A stretch of 64,000 nucleotides of DNA from Carpediemonas membranifera BICM. Lineage: Eukaryota; Protista; Fornicata. Made by a program: the position numbers and the translations under genes. The stretch is taken from assembly GCA_019828565.1 (NCBI GenBank), contig JAHDYR010000069.1, positions 124,001-188,000 on the forward strand, written 5' to 3'. The first letter of the stretch is position 1; each line of letters starts with the position of its first letter. The notes under the pieces are model-generated. The model had not been told where the DNA came from. It saw only the letters and a list, made by a program, of their open reading frames with translations, and did no database searches. Shown piece by piece: positions 10,625 to 21,694 of this stretch.

Positions 10625-12781
10625 TTACTCGTCCTTCTCGAGATCCTCGAGCTCGCTACGCTGTCGGGCGAACTCCATCTCGACCTCGACAAAGTCATCC
10701 TTGTGCACCATCCGGGCGTACTGGACGGGGGCTGCTGCCTTCCACGCCTCAGCGAGGTCAGCCACAGCCTGGTGGCACTCCTTCTGCCAGTCAGTCCACT
10801 TGAGACGGATGAGACGGCGCTTGGCCGCCTCATCTTCGTCCATGGAGAGACGCAGGGCCGTGTCAACCCGCTCGAACGCCTTGGCGTCCTCCTTGTAGTT
10901 GATCTCGCGCTTATCCTCCTCGGTGAGCACGGACTCGGGCATGGGCCGCCACATGAAGGAGACCAGGTTCTTGATCTTGTCCGCAGCGAGGGCCTGGCCA
11001 CGGTGGGAGAACATCTCGACGCCAGCGTAGTCAGGCATGCGGTCGTAGGAGGTGTAGACGGCGTAAGCGCGGCCGGTGGGGTCCCAGGCGGCGGTGTCCA
11101 TGTACGGGAACTCGCGGGTCGCCACAACCTCGCCGTTGTTGGCGTCGACCCAGCGGTTGACCCCAGATTCCTGGGCGGGGCCGGACTGGAGCACGAGCAT
11201 GCGGCCGGCGGGGGACCAGGAAAGGGTGTGGGCAGGGTGTGCGAGCTCGACCTCGCGACGAAGGGCACCCTGTTTGATGTCGGTCAGGGTGTAGATGTCG
11301 ACGGCCTTGGGCTGGATGAGCTGCTCGACGTTGTCCTCGCCAGAAAGGGCGGCGGCGCGGGCCTCGACTTCTTCGCCGAGAGAAATGGCGAGACGGAATC
11401 CACGGGGTTCAAAGGCGATGCCTGTGACCTTCTTCTCGCGGTACTCAAGGGTCTCGATGGGCACGGCGGGGTTCTTGACCCTGAAGATGTCAATGTTTGT
11501 CGTAGACCCGTTCCGCACTGCGCGCTCCGTCGTCGTGGCGAAGTAGTACCCGTGGGGGTGCCATGTGATGGCGCACGACTTGACGCCGTACAGATTACGG
11601 GAGACAAGCTGGCGGCAGAGCTTGGGTACGTTGATGATGCTTGCCTTCGCGGGGCGGTTGTTGTCCTCGACCTGGAAGATGGCGAGGAAGTCGTCAGCGG
11701 GCGACCAGGAAAAGTCGACGAGGCCGGGCAGCTGGAGCACGCGGACGGGCTTGCGGAGGTCCTTAGTCGAGTAGATCTGAATGCGCTGCTCGTATCCGTA
11801 GGCGATAAACTTGTCCGAGGGGGAGAACTGGAGCGGCGTGGGGCAGTTGCTGGGATACTTGCCCTTGGTGTCGAGGTCGAACATCGGCAGGACCTTGATA
11901 CGCTTGTTGCCGTTGAGCTTGTCCCATATCGCCATGTGGGGGCCGCGGAGGGGGCCCTCGGCGCCTGGCATGCCCGTGGAGACGGTGACGATGTACCGCT
12001 CGGTGTTGGATGTCATCATGCCGGCCATGTTGGGGTGGGAGATGAGCGTCGTCAGGTCGCCGTTGTTATCACCACCGAGGAGCTCGGCGACCTTCGCGTC
12101 GGCGGTCCGTGCAAGGAGGAAGCTGCCATTCTTCGTCCAGTGGAGCTTGTGGGTGCTCGGGTTGAATGGCATGTCGGTAGCAGTGTCGAAGCCGGTGATG
12201 GTGTCGTGCCACTGAAGGTCGAGGTGGTCGCCGACAACGAGGGCGGCCTGGGAGCGGGCACGGTCGTCCATGAGCCAGTCGTCGACGATAATGGGCTCGT
12301 GGTACTTCTCCTGGGCGTCACGGACGGCCTGAGCGTCGAATTCGTCGGGAATATTGCGGAGGGCTTCGATAGAGGAATACGCGGAGGCGGTGAGGGGATA
12401 TTTGTCCTTCATCATGAACTGGCCGTCTACGGCCTCGATAAGCTCCTCAGCCTCCTCCTTGTCGACACACTCGATGAAGAGATAGCCAAACGAGGAGCCA
12501 GACTCGGGGTTGATGGGCATGTCGTAAAAGACGGGCTTGAAGGGCTTGCGCATGAGAGCAGCTATGCGCTTAAGAGCAACAGCGCAAAGCTTGTCGCACT
12601 TGGCCTGAGCCGTCACGGGGAGACCTGTAACGTACACGATGGAAGCAAACGACTCATCAAGAATGGCGAGGGGCTCACCGAGCAGCTTTTCCTCGTCAAT
12701 CACAACTTGATCTTCAAATGACTCATTAGCGAGCAGTTCTTCAACACGGGCGTCGAGATCAGCCATGCGCTCAGTCTGCAT
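10625..12781 (-). CDS. EIF3B: Translation initiation factor eIF3 subunit b
   Basis: N-terminal RRM (VYVTGLP..., SFGYLFIE) followed by an eIF2A-type beta-propeller (FSWSP, IAFEPRGFR, AAWDPTGR, FMWRP). Start is ATG 12781 or 12766. Confidence 0.9.
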   Translation of the reverse strand: MQTERMADLDARVEELLANESFEDQVVIDEEKLLGEPLAILDESFASIVYVTGLPVTAQAKCDKLCAVALKRIAALMRKPFKPVFYDMPINPESGSSFGYLFIECVDKEEAEELIEAVDGQFMMKDKYPLTASAYSSIEALRNIPDEFDAQAVRDAQEKYHEPIIVDDWLMDDRARSQAALVVGDHLDLQWHDTITGFDTATDMPFNPSTHKLHWTKNGSFLLARTADAKVAELLGGDNNGDLTTLISHPNMAGMMTSNTERYIVTVSTGMPGAEGPLRGPHMAIWDKLNGNKRIKVLPMFDLDTKGKYPSNCPTPLQFSPSDKFIAYGYEQRIQIYSTKDLRKPVRVLQLPGLVDFSWSPADDFLAIFQVEDNNRPAKASIINVPKLCRQLVSRNLYGVKSCAITWHPHGYYFATTTERAVRNGSTTNIDIFRVKNPAVPIETLEYREKKVTGIAFEPRGFRLAISLGEEVEARAAALSGEDNVEQLIQPKAVDIYTLTDIKQGALRREVELAHPAHTLSWSPAGRMLVLQSGPAQESGVNRWVDANNGEVVATREFPYMDTAAWDPTGRAYAVYTSYDRMPDYAGVEMFSHRGQALAADKIKNLVSFMWRPMPESVLTEEDKREINYKEDAKAFERVDTALRLSMDEDEAAKRRLIRLKWTDWQKECHQAVADLAEAWKAAAPVQYARMVHKDDFVEVEMEFARQRSELEDLEKDE

Positions 12782-13799
12782 GAAAAAAGTAGCGCGCAGT
12801 TTAGTTATTGAAGCCGTCTTAGCCGCTTCACATGGATTTAGTGCGCGTTGTGCTGCCAAGGGTGAAAGTAGGGCATTAGATCCTTGTATACTATTTATTA
12901 TTTGTCTACTAGCATTTTACACTCTGCAATACTCGCAGCCCCTCCACATAACTGCGGGAATCAGGCAGCAGTCCTCATGTAGCACGGTTGGTATGGCCAT
13001 GCCATCCATCACTCGAAATCGACCGATCTATTTTAGATCGCGCGGAAACACTCGAAATCCACTTTGAAGGCCCAACTTTGCCAACCATAAGAAGGAAATG
13101 AACTGGAGAGCAATCTACGACAATTCCTCGGTTAATACTGTTGTTGAGAAGACCAAACAACTCGGTCTGCGCTTTAGCAAGTCCTCTCAGGAGGAGCTAG
13201 ACCTCGAAAGCGGCCTGGTTTACTAATTCTCACAAACCGCGGCGCCAACGCAAGCAATTTTCATCTTTCCGCCGCAAAATGCTACCATTACCTTGCTTGT
13301 GTTCTCATCAGCCATATTATCCTCTGTAAAGCCAAGTTTTCGTTCGTCTTCTCCAGCACGTGCGCGGTCTTCCTTCGGAATACGAGCATTTTGAGGTCAT
13401 GAATGTGCAAGCATGCGTCAGTGTCGAGGGCTCATATGTTTATAGCTCACTTTTGTTGCCGTTCCTCCGCCAGACTGAGACGGACAGGTCGCCCCATCAA
13501 GGAAGCCTCAAGGCTGGTTACCTAGCATGATACGGAGCAAGTATTCACGACATATCACCAGTACTAAGTTCGTCTCAGTTCTGCACTCTGCCGGCCAACC
13601 CAACTTCTCGCGGAATTTTCAAAATTCTGGACAATCTGGCCGAAACAAGGAACGAAACCATCCCATGTTGGACGAACACAACACATGGAGCCCCTTTCTC
13701 CGCCAGCCCTACCGCAGTCAACTCAAGCCACTGTGGACCCCGCATCTTACGGTAATTCTGAACCTCGAGTGAGAGAGAATCCGGCCAGAGAGCACGGAA

Positions 13800-15671
13800 A
13801 TGGATCAGAGCGATTCAGAGAAGGATGAGAGCGCCATGAGTGAAGTACTAAAGCCAGCTGCCAAGCCTTTGGGCCAACTGTTCGCCCTTAAGTCTGTTTT
13901 CCAACATCGGCCGAAGACGATCTCTTTTAACCATGATTTGGTAGGTTCTTCCATCTGCACAAGCACAAAGCGGGCTGTTGTACTCAAAATGTCTGGCGCA
14001 AAGACGAATATAGTCCGCGAGACCTTTCGTGCGAATGGCTTTAAGACGACTACGAGCGATACGAGCTCATGGACGGTGCACTGGGGCAAGGCGCAGAAGT
14101 TTGCGTCCTACAACAGCCTCACAGAGCGCCAGTACGTCAACCACTGGCCAGGAACCTTCGAGCTTGGAAGAAAAGACCGCCTGGCTCGAAACATCGCGCA
14201 TATGTGTCGACGGATCGGCAGCAAGGAGTTCGGTTTCTTCACACCACGCACTTTCATCGTCCCTGGAGACTACAAGGCCCTGAAGAACGACATGGCAGAG
14301 TCGAAGGGCATGTATATCTACAAGCCGTGCGCCAGCGCCAGAGGAATCGGGATCAAGGTCATAGACTCGATCTCCCAGGTCAACAAGGGGAAATATAGCC
14401 TCGTGCAAAAGTATATCTCCACACCGTATCTGATTGACGGTCGTAAGATTGATATCCGAATCTATGTTGCTGTCACTTCGATCGACCCGCTCAAGGTTTA
14501 CGTCTACCCAGAAGGCCTCGTCCGCTTCGCCACCAAGCGGTACAAGAAGGGCCACGCTGCCAAGAAGAGCCGCATGATGCATCTCACCAACTACAGCGTC
14601 AACGTCAAGGGCGCCGACTTCGTTCAGCCCGGGGCCGACCTTCCCCTGTTCAGCGTCGACTCGCCACCAGAGTTCGACGAGTCGTGGTTTGAGCTGTCCA
14701 AATGGAGCCTGACCATGCTGGCGGCCTTCATGGAGCAGCGCGGGGACGACTTCAAGGCCACGTGGGAGAGCATCACCGATGTCATCGTCAGAGCATTACT
14801 GTGCGGCGACTCGGCGCTCAACAGCGCTTTCAAGGCTAACTGTCCAAGTGGAAACGCGTTTGAGATGTTTGGTGTCGATATCATGCTCGACGCGGCCCTC
14901 AAACCTTGGCTCATTGAGATTAACACTAGTCCGAGCACAGCGTCGTCTTCCCCGATGGATAGGGTAATCAAATCCTCAGTTTTGAGTGATTTGCTCGACC
15001 TTGTCGGGCTGCATGCCCCGAAGACGCCCCTCCCACCCAGATCTGGCAGAATCAAGAGATCCCTCAGAGATTTGGATGATTTCATTCCCGAGGAGCTGCC
15101 AGATCACGCCAAGCTGACGCTCTTAGAGCTCGAGGAGGAGCTCCACCGCTGCGGACGATGGCGCATCCTTTTCCCCGCAGCTGATTCGCCATATCTTAGA
15201 TTGATGGAGATCCCGAGATACAATAATATCTTGGCCTGCAAGTGGCTTGCGACGCGCACGCCACTCTCTGTCCTCGGCCCAGTCGACGCGAAGCTGATTA
15301 ACGTACGCCGGCGTCAGATCCAAATGATCAACCGCCACCCTCCCTCGTCGTTTAATCGTCCAGTCACGAACGCCAGGCCCGTTACTGACCCAATCCGAGC
15401 CCGTGTCAAACCAGGGTCTCCGAAGCCGTTACTCTCCTCTTCTCGCGGGCTCGGGTCTCGTGTTTCGACTCGACTCGACTCTGGCCAAAGTCGGAGTCGG
15501 AGTCGAAGGCCGATGGCCCACACGGTGATTCGTACGCCGAGTCAGCGGGGCATAGTGGGCAAGGCGCCTGGGGTAGGGCGGACTGTGAGCGCTGGACCTC
15601 GTCGGGCTGGGGTTTCAGCGGCGAGGCTGGACATGATCGGTAGTATTTATGGGGCGGGTATTTACATGTGA
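13800..15671 (+). CDS. Tubulin-tyrosine ligase-like polyglutamylase (TTLL4/5-like)
   Basis: VNHWPGTFELGRKDRL, KPCASARGIGI, VQKYISTPYLIDGRKIDIRIYV, MHLTNYSVN, FEMFGVDIMLD, PWLIEINTSPS. Confidence 0.92.
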   Translation: MDQSDSEKDESAMSEVLKPAAKPLGQLFALKSVFQHRPKTISFNHDLVGSSICTSTKRAVVLKMSGAKTNIVRETFRANGFKTTTSDTSSWTVHWGKAQKFASYNSLTERQYVNHWPGTFELGRKDRLARNIAHMCRRIGSKEFGFFTPRTFIVPGDYKALKNDMAESKGMYIYKPCASARGIGIKVIDSISQVNKGKYSLVQKYISTPYLIDGRKIDIRIYVAVTSIDPLKVYVYPEGLVRFATKRYKKGHAAKKSRMMHLTNYSVNVKGADFVQPGADLPLFSVDSPPEFDESWFELSKWSLTMLAAFMEQRGDDFKATWESITDVIVRALLCGDSALNSAFKANCPSGNAFEMFGVDIMLDAALKPWLIEINTSPSTASSSPMDRVIKSSVLSDLLDLVGLHAPKTPLPPRSGRIKRSLRDLDDFIPEELPDHAKLTLLELEEELHRCGRWRILFPAADSPYLRLMEIPRYNNILACKWLATRTPLSVLGPVDAKLINVRRRQIQMINRHPPSSFNRPVTNARPVTDPIRARVKPGSPKPLLSSSRGLGSRVSTRLDSGQSRSRSRRPMAHTVIRTPSQRGIVGKAPGVGRTVSAGPRRAGVSAARLDMIGSIYGAGIYM

Positions 15672-15789
15672 GGATGACGGTAAATATACGGTTATTGATG
15701 ATAGTACTGTGCTGGTTGCGATATCAGTGCGTTCGCCTGAAACTGCAAGTCATATAGTCAAAGCCTGGCAGTATAGCAACACACAGCAA

Positions 15790-16655
15790 TCACACCGCAC
15801 TATTGGGCTTACCCTCCAGCCAATGATCGCCCATTATCTCCTTAACACGCCCCTTGTCCGTCGACCCCAGCTTCTCAGCCTGGTATTTCGCGAAATTTCT
15901 CTCGGCCAGCGCCACTGCGGCCACTGCGAACGTCGCGCCAATAGTCATGCCTGTCCCCACGTCTGTCGCGTGGTGATGATGGTCCAGAGTCCTGCTTATT
16001 CCGACAAAAAGACCGAAGAGGATGGGCAAGAAGCTGACTCCGACCCAACCCCTGGTGCTGACCACACTGATAACTGCGCGGAGGGCCCTAGGATGCCAGT
16101 CGTTGCGGTGGTTGACGAATACACAAAACATTGTGGAGGCGAGGAGCATGCTGGCACACATAGAGGCGGTGGAGTGGCCTGAGGGGAAGGACAGGCGGCC
16201 CTGGAAGATGGCTGAGGGGCTGCCAGTGCATTCTTCGAGTGTAGAGTCCCATTGGCAGCGGGAGAGGAAGTCTGGGCGGAGGCGACCAGTGGCTACCTTC
16301 AAGAACGAAGCAAACAGATACAGTGTGAGGTAAGGAGAAGGGAACATACCTGAATGGAAACACACAGCCACGATGACAGGAAAAGCTCAACGGAGAGTAC
16401 GGGAGAGATGTGCATCGCAAGGAGGGGCGAGAACATTACAACAGAGATCAACCCAACGACAACTAAAGAGTAGGGAACGATGGAAGACTCGGAGATATAG
16501 GATAGTGAAGGATCTGTAGGGTCGAATTCTCGCTTGGGGACGATGTTTTGGGTAATAGACGGCTGTTCAAGCACAAAAGTGAGAGAGAAGAAGATCAGTG
16601 TGAGAAATATGCTTGTAGGAAGCTGTTTTAGTGTTTGCTTGGCCCATTCGTTCAT
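15790..16655 (-). CDS. PAP2/lipid phosphate phosphatase, with a probable 29-nt intron at 16321-16349
   Basis: KVATGRLRPDF, SFPSGH and SRTLDHHHHATDV motifs. The N-terminal transmembrane segments lie in the overlapping ORF 16299-16655. Confidence 0.88.
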
Positions 16656-16904
16656 TAGCTGTCAGTATGACCCCACTTTGTTGTTTGGGGATGAGATGTC
16701 GAGGCAATCAGACTTCGCGGCAAGTCAGACACCGCGGCAAGGCTGTAAGAGTAACAATGCCATGCACTGTCACCACTGACCATGATTTATTATCCGTCAA
16801 CCGGGTTGTCGCTTGATTCAGTCACATCGAACGTCTGAGCCAACGATGGATGGGAAGAAGTCAAACAGTTTATCGCCAAATCACGCTGCAAATACCCACC
16901 CTGT

Positions 16905-17486
16905 TCAATGAGTATGCCCCTCAATTCCGAGCATACTATCAAGCACCCCCATTTCGAACAACTCCGCCAGCCCGGCGGGCAAGGCAGCAGTCTGGGTCCA
17001 CGAGTCTGACTCGGGGACAGTCTTGACCTCGGGGGCCTTCTTTGTGGCTAGGATGGCTCCGCTGAGGATCTTTGCCGGGTCAGCGGTGGCAATGCTTGGG
17101 CAGTCTGGCATGCCTCTGGTTCGGCTGTTTTGGAACCAGGTGCGTACTTTGAGGATGTCCAGGCCGGTGTACTCTGAGATGTTGCTCAGCTGCTCGCGGG
17201 AGGGGTACCTTTGAGTCATGAATGTGGCACAAAGTGCGGCCTGTTGCTCAGATGTGTAGCCGCGGTGGCTGTGGCGTGTCGAGGTGCTCTTTTTGATCGC
17301 TTTGGCGGTCTTTGGCATGTCTTTTTTGCTCAGAAGTTCAATATCAGCGAGGATGTCCGAAGCGGAACGGTCTCCAACCACATCCTTGAAGCTCTGCACA
17401 GGCAGAACTGACAGCGCGGAAAGAAGTGGCGGAGTAGAAAGAGCAACTAAATCGTTATTGGGGAAGAAGCTTTGCGATGGATTCAT
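16905..17486 (-). CDS. Homeodomain protein
   Basis: RGYTSEQQAALCATFMTQRYPS...KVRTWFQNSRTR. Confidence 0.88.
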   Translation of the reverse strand: MNPSQSFFPNNDLVALSTPPLLSALSVLPVQSFKDVVGDRSASDILADIELLSKKDMPKTAKAIKKSTSTRHSHRGYTSEQQAALCATFMTQRYPSREQLSNISEYTGLDILKVRTWFQNSRTRGMPDCPSIATADPAKILSGAILATKKAPEVKTVPESDSWTQTAALPAGLAELFEMGVLDSMLGIEGHTH

Positions 17487-17843
17487 CTGAACACTGGTCG
17501 TGCGCTAATCCTGAAAAGGGTCTGACGACTTGATCGACTCAGTCTCTGATCTTCTCATGCCGCGGCGAATCAATGTGTCTGGGGCGGGGGAGGGTCGCTA
17601 GAAAGGGCAACGGGGTGGTGCGGGGTCGGCGGCAGAGCAGCTGGCCTATCTCTGGTGGACTGGCAGGGGAGACTGGAAGGGGGCTCAGTGGGCGGATAGT
17701 GGAGGAACAGGGGATATGGCGTTGATACCGCCCAGTTGGCCGCAGTCTCCAGCGTGCTCCTCTCCTCAATTTATATGCCCGTTTCTGGATTTAATACCAG
17801 CTTGATGAGGGCTACAGACACATATGTGCGCCTATCCGTCACC

Positions 17844-18167
17844 TCATTCGGCAGAGGAGCCGACAGTCATGGCGTACATGCCCGGGATGACGTCCGAGAG
17901 CCCGAGGACGTTCCCGACGTAGCTCTCCTTCGGGTTGATCAAAGTGACAATTCCTTCGTAGATACTGGTCGTGTTCTCTTCGAAACTGTCGAAATCAGGG
18001 CAATTCTCGCATTGGTTCTTGTCGAACTGCTCTTTCGTCTTCAAAAGGTGGCAACGGACGCAGGCAAAGAGCCTTGTCCGCGATCCTCCGCCGCCCATTC
18101 GAGATATCTTCGGAATAGCGGACTGGAAGTCCACCAGCTGGTCTAGAGCTTGAGATTGGGACGTCAT
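17844..18167 (-). CDS. SPT4: Transcription elongation factor Spt4
   Basis: LFACVRCHLLKTKEQF...CENC...TTSIYEGIVTLINPKESYV...PGMYA. Confidence 0.9.
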   Translation of the reverse strand: MTSQSQALDQLVDFQSAIPKISRMGGGGSRTRLFACVRCHLLKTKEQFDKNQCENCPDFDSFEENTTSIYEGIVTLINPKESYVGNVLGLSDVIPGMYAMTVGSSAE

Positions 18168-18720
18168 CGTCCTCACCGTCGTGAAATACGTGAAATACGT
18201 GAGCAAATGTTGCTGATAAATCGCAGTAAGCATGCCACCCAACCACTGAACTCATGGCGGTCACTCAGTTGTAGGCGGGTTCTCCGGTATACATGGTGTG
18301 CCAAGAAGATCACGGCTATCGCCGCCGAACTCGCGGAGCTCAACCTAATGGAGTTCTCAGACACGAGAGGCAGACGATGCCTCGGCCAAGGTCTGGGCCA
18401 CGAAAATTTATTGGAGCCTTTGCTTTAATGAAGCAGGCCAACCACCGACCCAACGGTGTCCACACACAGTACATGTAACCTGAACATTCTCGGTGGTGAG
18501 CACGAGACTGTACCGATTCAGACGTTGACCCTACGCCATTTCGCGGGTGATAATGACATCGACACGGATGTGAACTTAAATTCAGATAGACGACCCTCCA
18601 GACTTTGGTTTTAACGACCACTAGGAAAGCGGTCGAATCCAATCTCAACAACCCACGTCACGCCCCCCGACCATCAAGTCCCCTGTCAATAGATCCGGAT
18701 ATCTTTACACCACTGCCATC

Positions 18721-21165
18721 TCATCCAAGCCTCATTACCCACGCCTGGTCTCCCCTTGTCAACCCCCGGACCACGTCCATGGCTTCAACCCTGCCTCGAC
18801 CGGTCGTGTCGATCAGATCACACACACGCGCCACATGCAGGCCAAGGTGACACAGACAGTCGCGCCGCGCACCCTCCTGTAAATTCGCAGTAAAGTCGCA
18901 CTCGGCATGCGGCGCCAGGAGACCTTGTATAATACTGTTGCCAGGAAGCAAAGACATCAATCCACGAGCCCCGAGCGATGCGAGCGGGGCAGACATCAAA
19001 ACACTCCAAGAGTCACGGGCTAAAGTGGGGGTGACCGTGTAGAGTCCGGAAGTCGTCCGGACAAGCGGGTTTGACCCGACAAGACCGACTGAGATGACAG
19101 TCGCCCCGTCGGCAAGAAGCTCGGCGACAGACGCTTTGGCAACCACTCTGAGCCCACCGTCGACCACAAAGACATCGCCCAGATCGGTGATCAGGACAAC
19201 GCGACTCTGCCCGTCAACCACGCCGGCTTGGGCAGCTCTGACTGGATCGCCCAGAGCGAGAGGCAGGCCTGCTGGGGTGCCGGTGAGTGTATTCAGACCA
19301 AAGACCAGGCCAGACGCTGTACCGGCAATGATTATCTCAGAAGTGCCGGTAAGTGCGGTCACGATATCTGGGACCGGCAGATCCCACGCCACTTGGTTGT
19401 CACGACTAGAATGGCTCTGGGAGATCGCTAATGGATCAGACAACGGTGTGGGTGCCGCTGTGTCGAACTGGCAAGCAATCTGACATACTGAATCTGAAAG
19501 AGGGGCCACAGATACGAATCTCACTCGACCCGCGGCCTCCACTCTGATTGGTCTGGCCGAGGCAGCCTCGCCCTCAAACACTGGTCGTCTTGTCCTGACG
19601 TCGAAGCCTGGGCCGACGTCCTGGGTCTGTCGTGCTGGGGCTGGTGGCATTCTTGGGCCCTGGGCGGGCCTGGAGGTTGGGGGTAGGGTTGGTGGGGCGC
19701 TTGGCTCGGGCATGGCGAGTGGTCTCTCCTGGCCCGACTGGGCGATTGTCTGGCCCTGGCCCTCGTCTGGCTGCACGTGGTCCGGCTCTGCCTGCTCCAT
19801 CTCCTCGTCTCCGTCCTCCTCAGCCTCCACCGGTCCTCCGGCGAGGAGCTTCATCGCCTCCACGAGTGCAGTCCGACTCACTTCTGGAGTCGCCACCGTC
19901 GTGATCTGGGCGGGTGACTGGCTGCCCTGACTGCCCTGGGACACTGGACCAAGGAGAGAGGCCACTGGAATCGAGCACACGGCGATGGCGCCGGCCGTCC
20001 CGTCGATGGCTGCGATGACGAGCTTATCCGCCCTTGGAGCGGGCTCAGTGAATCCAGGGACGAGGACCGGGCCGGCTTTGTCGCCCGTGTGGGTCTTGAC
20101 GTAACCACACACACGCCGCAGCTGGTTAAATGGGAATAAATTTGTCACGTAAATCAGCTTGTTACCGCAGACACCAGGGGCATAAACAGACATCCCAGAC
20201 TCGGCCTCCAGCGTGAGAAGCACAGGACTCTTCATCTCGACTCCGTCCGACTGCACTAGCACAGTCGCTCCGCAGTCTATGATATCCATCACGGTGGCGG
20301 CAGTCAAAAAGGAAGACCGGAGCTCCTCGTTGAGATGAGGCGGGTCAGTCAGCTCGATTAGGTCGAGATCGATGAAGGCCATGCTGTGCCAGGTTTTGCC
20401 CTGCTCATAGGTCGGGTGGACTCCGTGGCTGACATAAACTGCGGTGGAGTCAGTCGCCGAGTCATTAGGACCAATTGAAGTGTTGAACTGGGCAAACTTG
20501 GCACACTCCGTGCTGGATGTGACGTTTGCTATTGTCAACAAGTGCTCGACTCTCTGTGCAGAGTGCTTGGCAGTAGTTTCTGACGATGCGTCGACTGAAC
20601 TCAGGTTCACAAAGGCCACGTCGGACCGTTCAAAGACGATACAAAGCATGCAGCCGGTCGGGTCAATAGTGATAGATGTTATAGCGCTGTGGTCATCGCC
20701 CAGATTGCACAGTCTGTCCACATTCCAGCAAAACACTGGGGCGATGGGGGTGCTGGATTCTTTGAGCGAGTAGAGCTGGATCGTGTTGGCAGTGTATGTG
20801 ATGATTGTGTCCTGTTCGAACGGGAGCCAGACCAATCCTCGGGTGTCTCCGGGACAGTCGAGGTGGCATAGCGGCCTCAGAGTCTTAGCAGAGGGCCGGA
20901 GCTTGAAGATGGCCACGCCACATCCCTCTCGGCCGACGGGAATGGTGCTGGCGATGTGGGTTCCTGACTTTGACCAGCGGACGATCGTGGGGAAAGAGAC
21001 GCTCGCGTGAGTGGCATCAACTGTATGGCTGCCCAGCGGGTGGAGCATGGGCGCGGGGATGAGGTTGTCGTCATCCGCACCGCCAGTGGGAGTGCGGAAG
21101 CGGTCTGGGGAGTTCACTGGGTGAGCTTTGGCGGTGGTACGAACGAGTATAGGGAAGCACGCCAA
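18721..21165 (-). CDS. HIRA-like WD40 protein (start uncertain)
   Basis: N-terminal WD40-like repeats (IVRWSKSGTHIAS) and a Pro-rich linker. The C-terminal WDLPVPDIVTALTG...GTASGLVFGLNTLTGTPAGLPLALG resembles the Hira domain. Confidence 0.55.
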   Translation of the reverse strand: MACFPILVRTTAKAHPVNSPDRFRTPTGGADDDNLIPAPMLHPLGSHTVDATHASVSFPTIVRWSKSGTHIASTIPVGREGCGVAIFKLRPSAKTLRPLCHLDCPGDTRGLVWLPFEQDTIITYTANTIQLYSLKESSTPIAPVFCWNVDRLCNLGDDHSAITSITIDPTGCMLCIVFERSDVAFVNLSSVDASSETTAKHSAQRVEHLLTIANVTSSTECAKFAQFNTSIGPNDSATDSTAVYVSHGVHPTYEQGKTWHSMAFIDLDLIELTDPPHLNEELRSSFLTAATVMDIIDCGATVLVQSDGVEMKSPVLLTLEAESGMSVYAPGVCGNKLIYVTNLFPFNQLRRVCGYVKTHTGDKAGPVLVPGFTEPAPRADKLVIAAIDGTAGAIAVCSIPVASLLGPVSQGSQGSQSPAQITTVATPEVSRTALVEAMKLLAGGPVEAEEDGDEEMEQAEPDHVQPDEGQGQTIAQSGQERPLAMPEPSAPPTLPPTSRPAQGPRMPPAPARQTQDVGPGFDVRTRRPVFEGEAASARPIRVEAAGRVRFVSVAPLSDSVCQIACQFDTAAPTPLSDPLAISQSHSSRDNQVAWDLPVPDIVTALTGTSEIIIAGTASGLVFGLNTLTGTPAGLPLALGDPVRAAQAGVVDGQSRVVLITDLGDVFVVDGGLRVVAKASVAELLADGATVISVGLVGSNPLVRTTSGLYTVTPTLARDSWSVLMSAPLASLGARGLMSLLPGNSIIQGLLAPHAECDFTANLQEGARRDCLCHLGLHVARVCDLIDTTGRGRVEAMDVVRGLTRGDQAWVMRLG

Positions 21166-21694
21166 TGTAGAGCTGGTTGGAACGAGCGCAGTCGGATGCG
21201 CCTGTCATGGATGCTGTTTTCATCACGAATATGATCGCAATTCGGCCTGCGTTGATCTTTCTGTTCATGCAGACGTCGAGATCACGCGGAACTACGTAAA
21301 CGGGCGAAGGAAAGAAGCAAACCTGCTGTCAAAGGCGCAGTCGCCTTCTTTGGATCATAAAAGGAGAATGGAATCCTGCATAAGGTGTAGCTTTGAGTAC
21401 TAACCAAGTCGTCGACATTGCTTTCGCGCCGCCAACTCTCGACTTCGTCTCGAGTCGAAAGGCAGAGCAAGGGCACGCCCCACCAGACAGAGTGGTTACG
21501 GGTTGATCTCAAGCAAATCCGGCGCAATTAATTCCAAAAGATTCGAGCATCATGGTTTGATTGATTGAAACGATGAATTCATGGATCAGTCGAGCACGAA
21601 AGAGGCAAGACGAACTCGCTCACCCTTAGGATAGGGCCGAACAATTGTCCTGCAGTGTCCGGCCCTGTGGCCCGAAGACGCAGGATTAGCACAG

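Noticed and set aside
10703-12721. Long antisense ORFs (also 24235-25179, 31571-33262, 51574-52521, 53171-54172)
   Set aside because: These are shadows of GC3-rich coding genes on the opposite strand.
12975-13780. Gene between eIF3b and TTLL
   Set aside because: Only short ORFs without motifs are present, and no consistent spliced model could be built.
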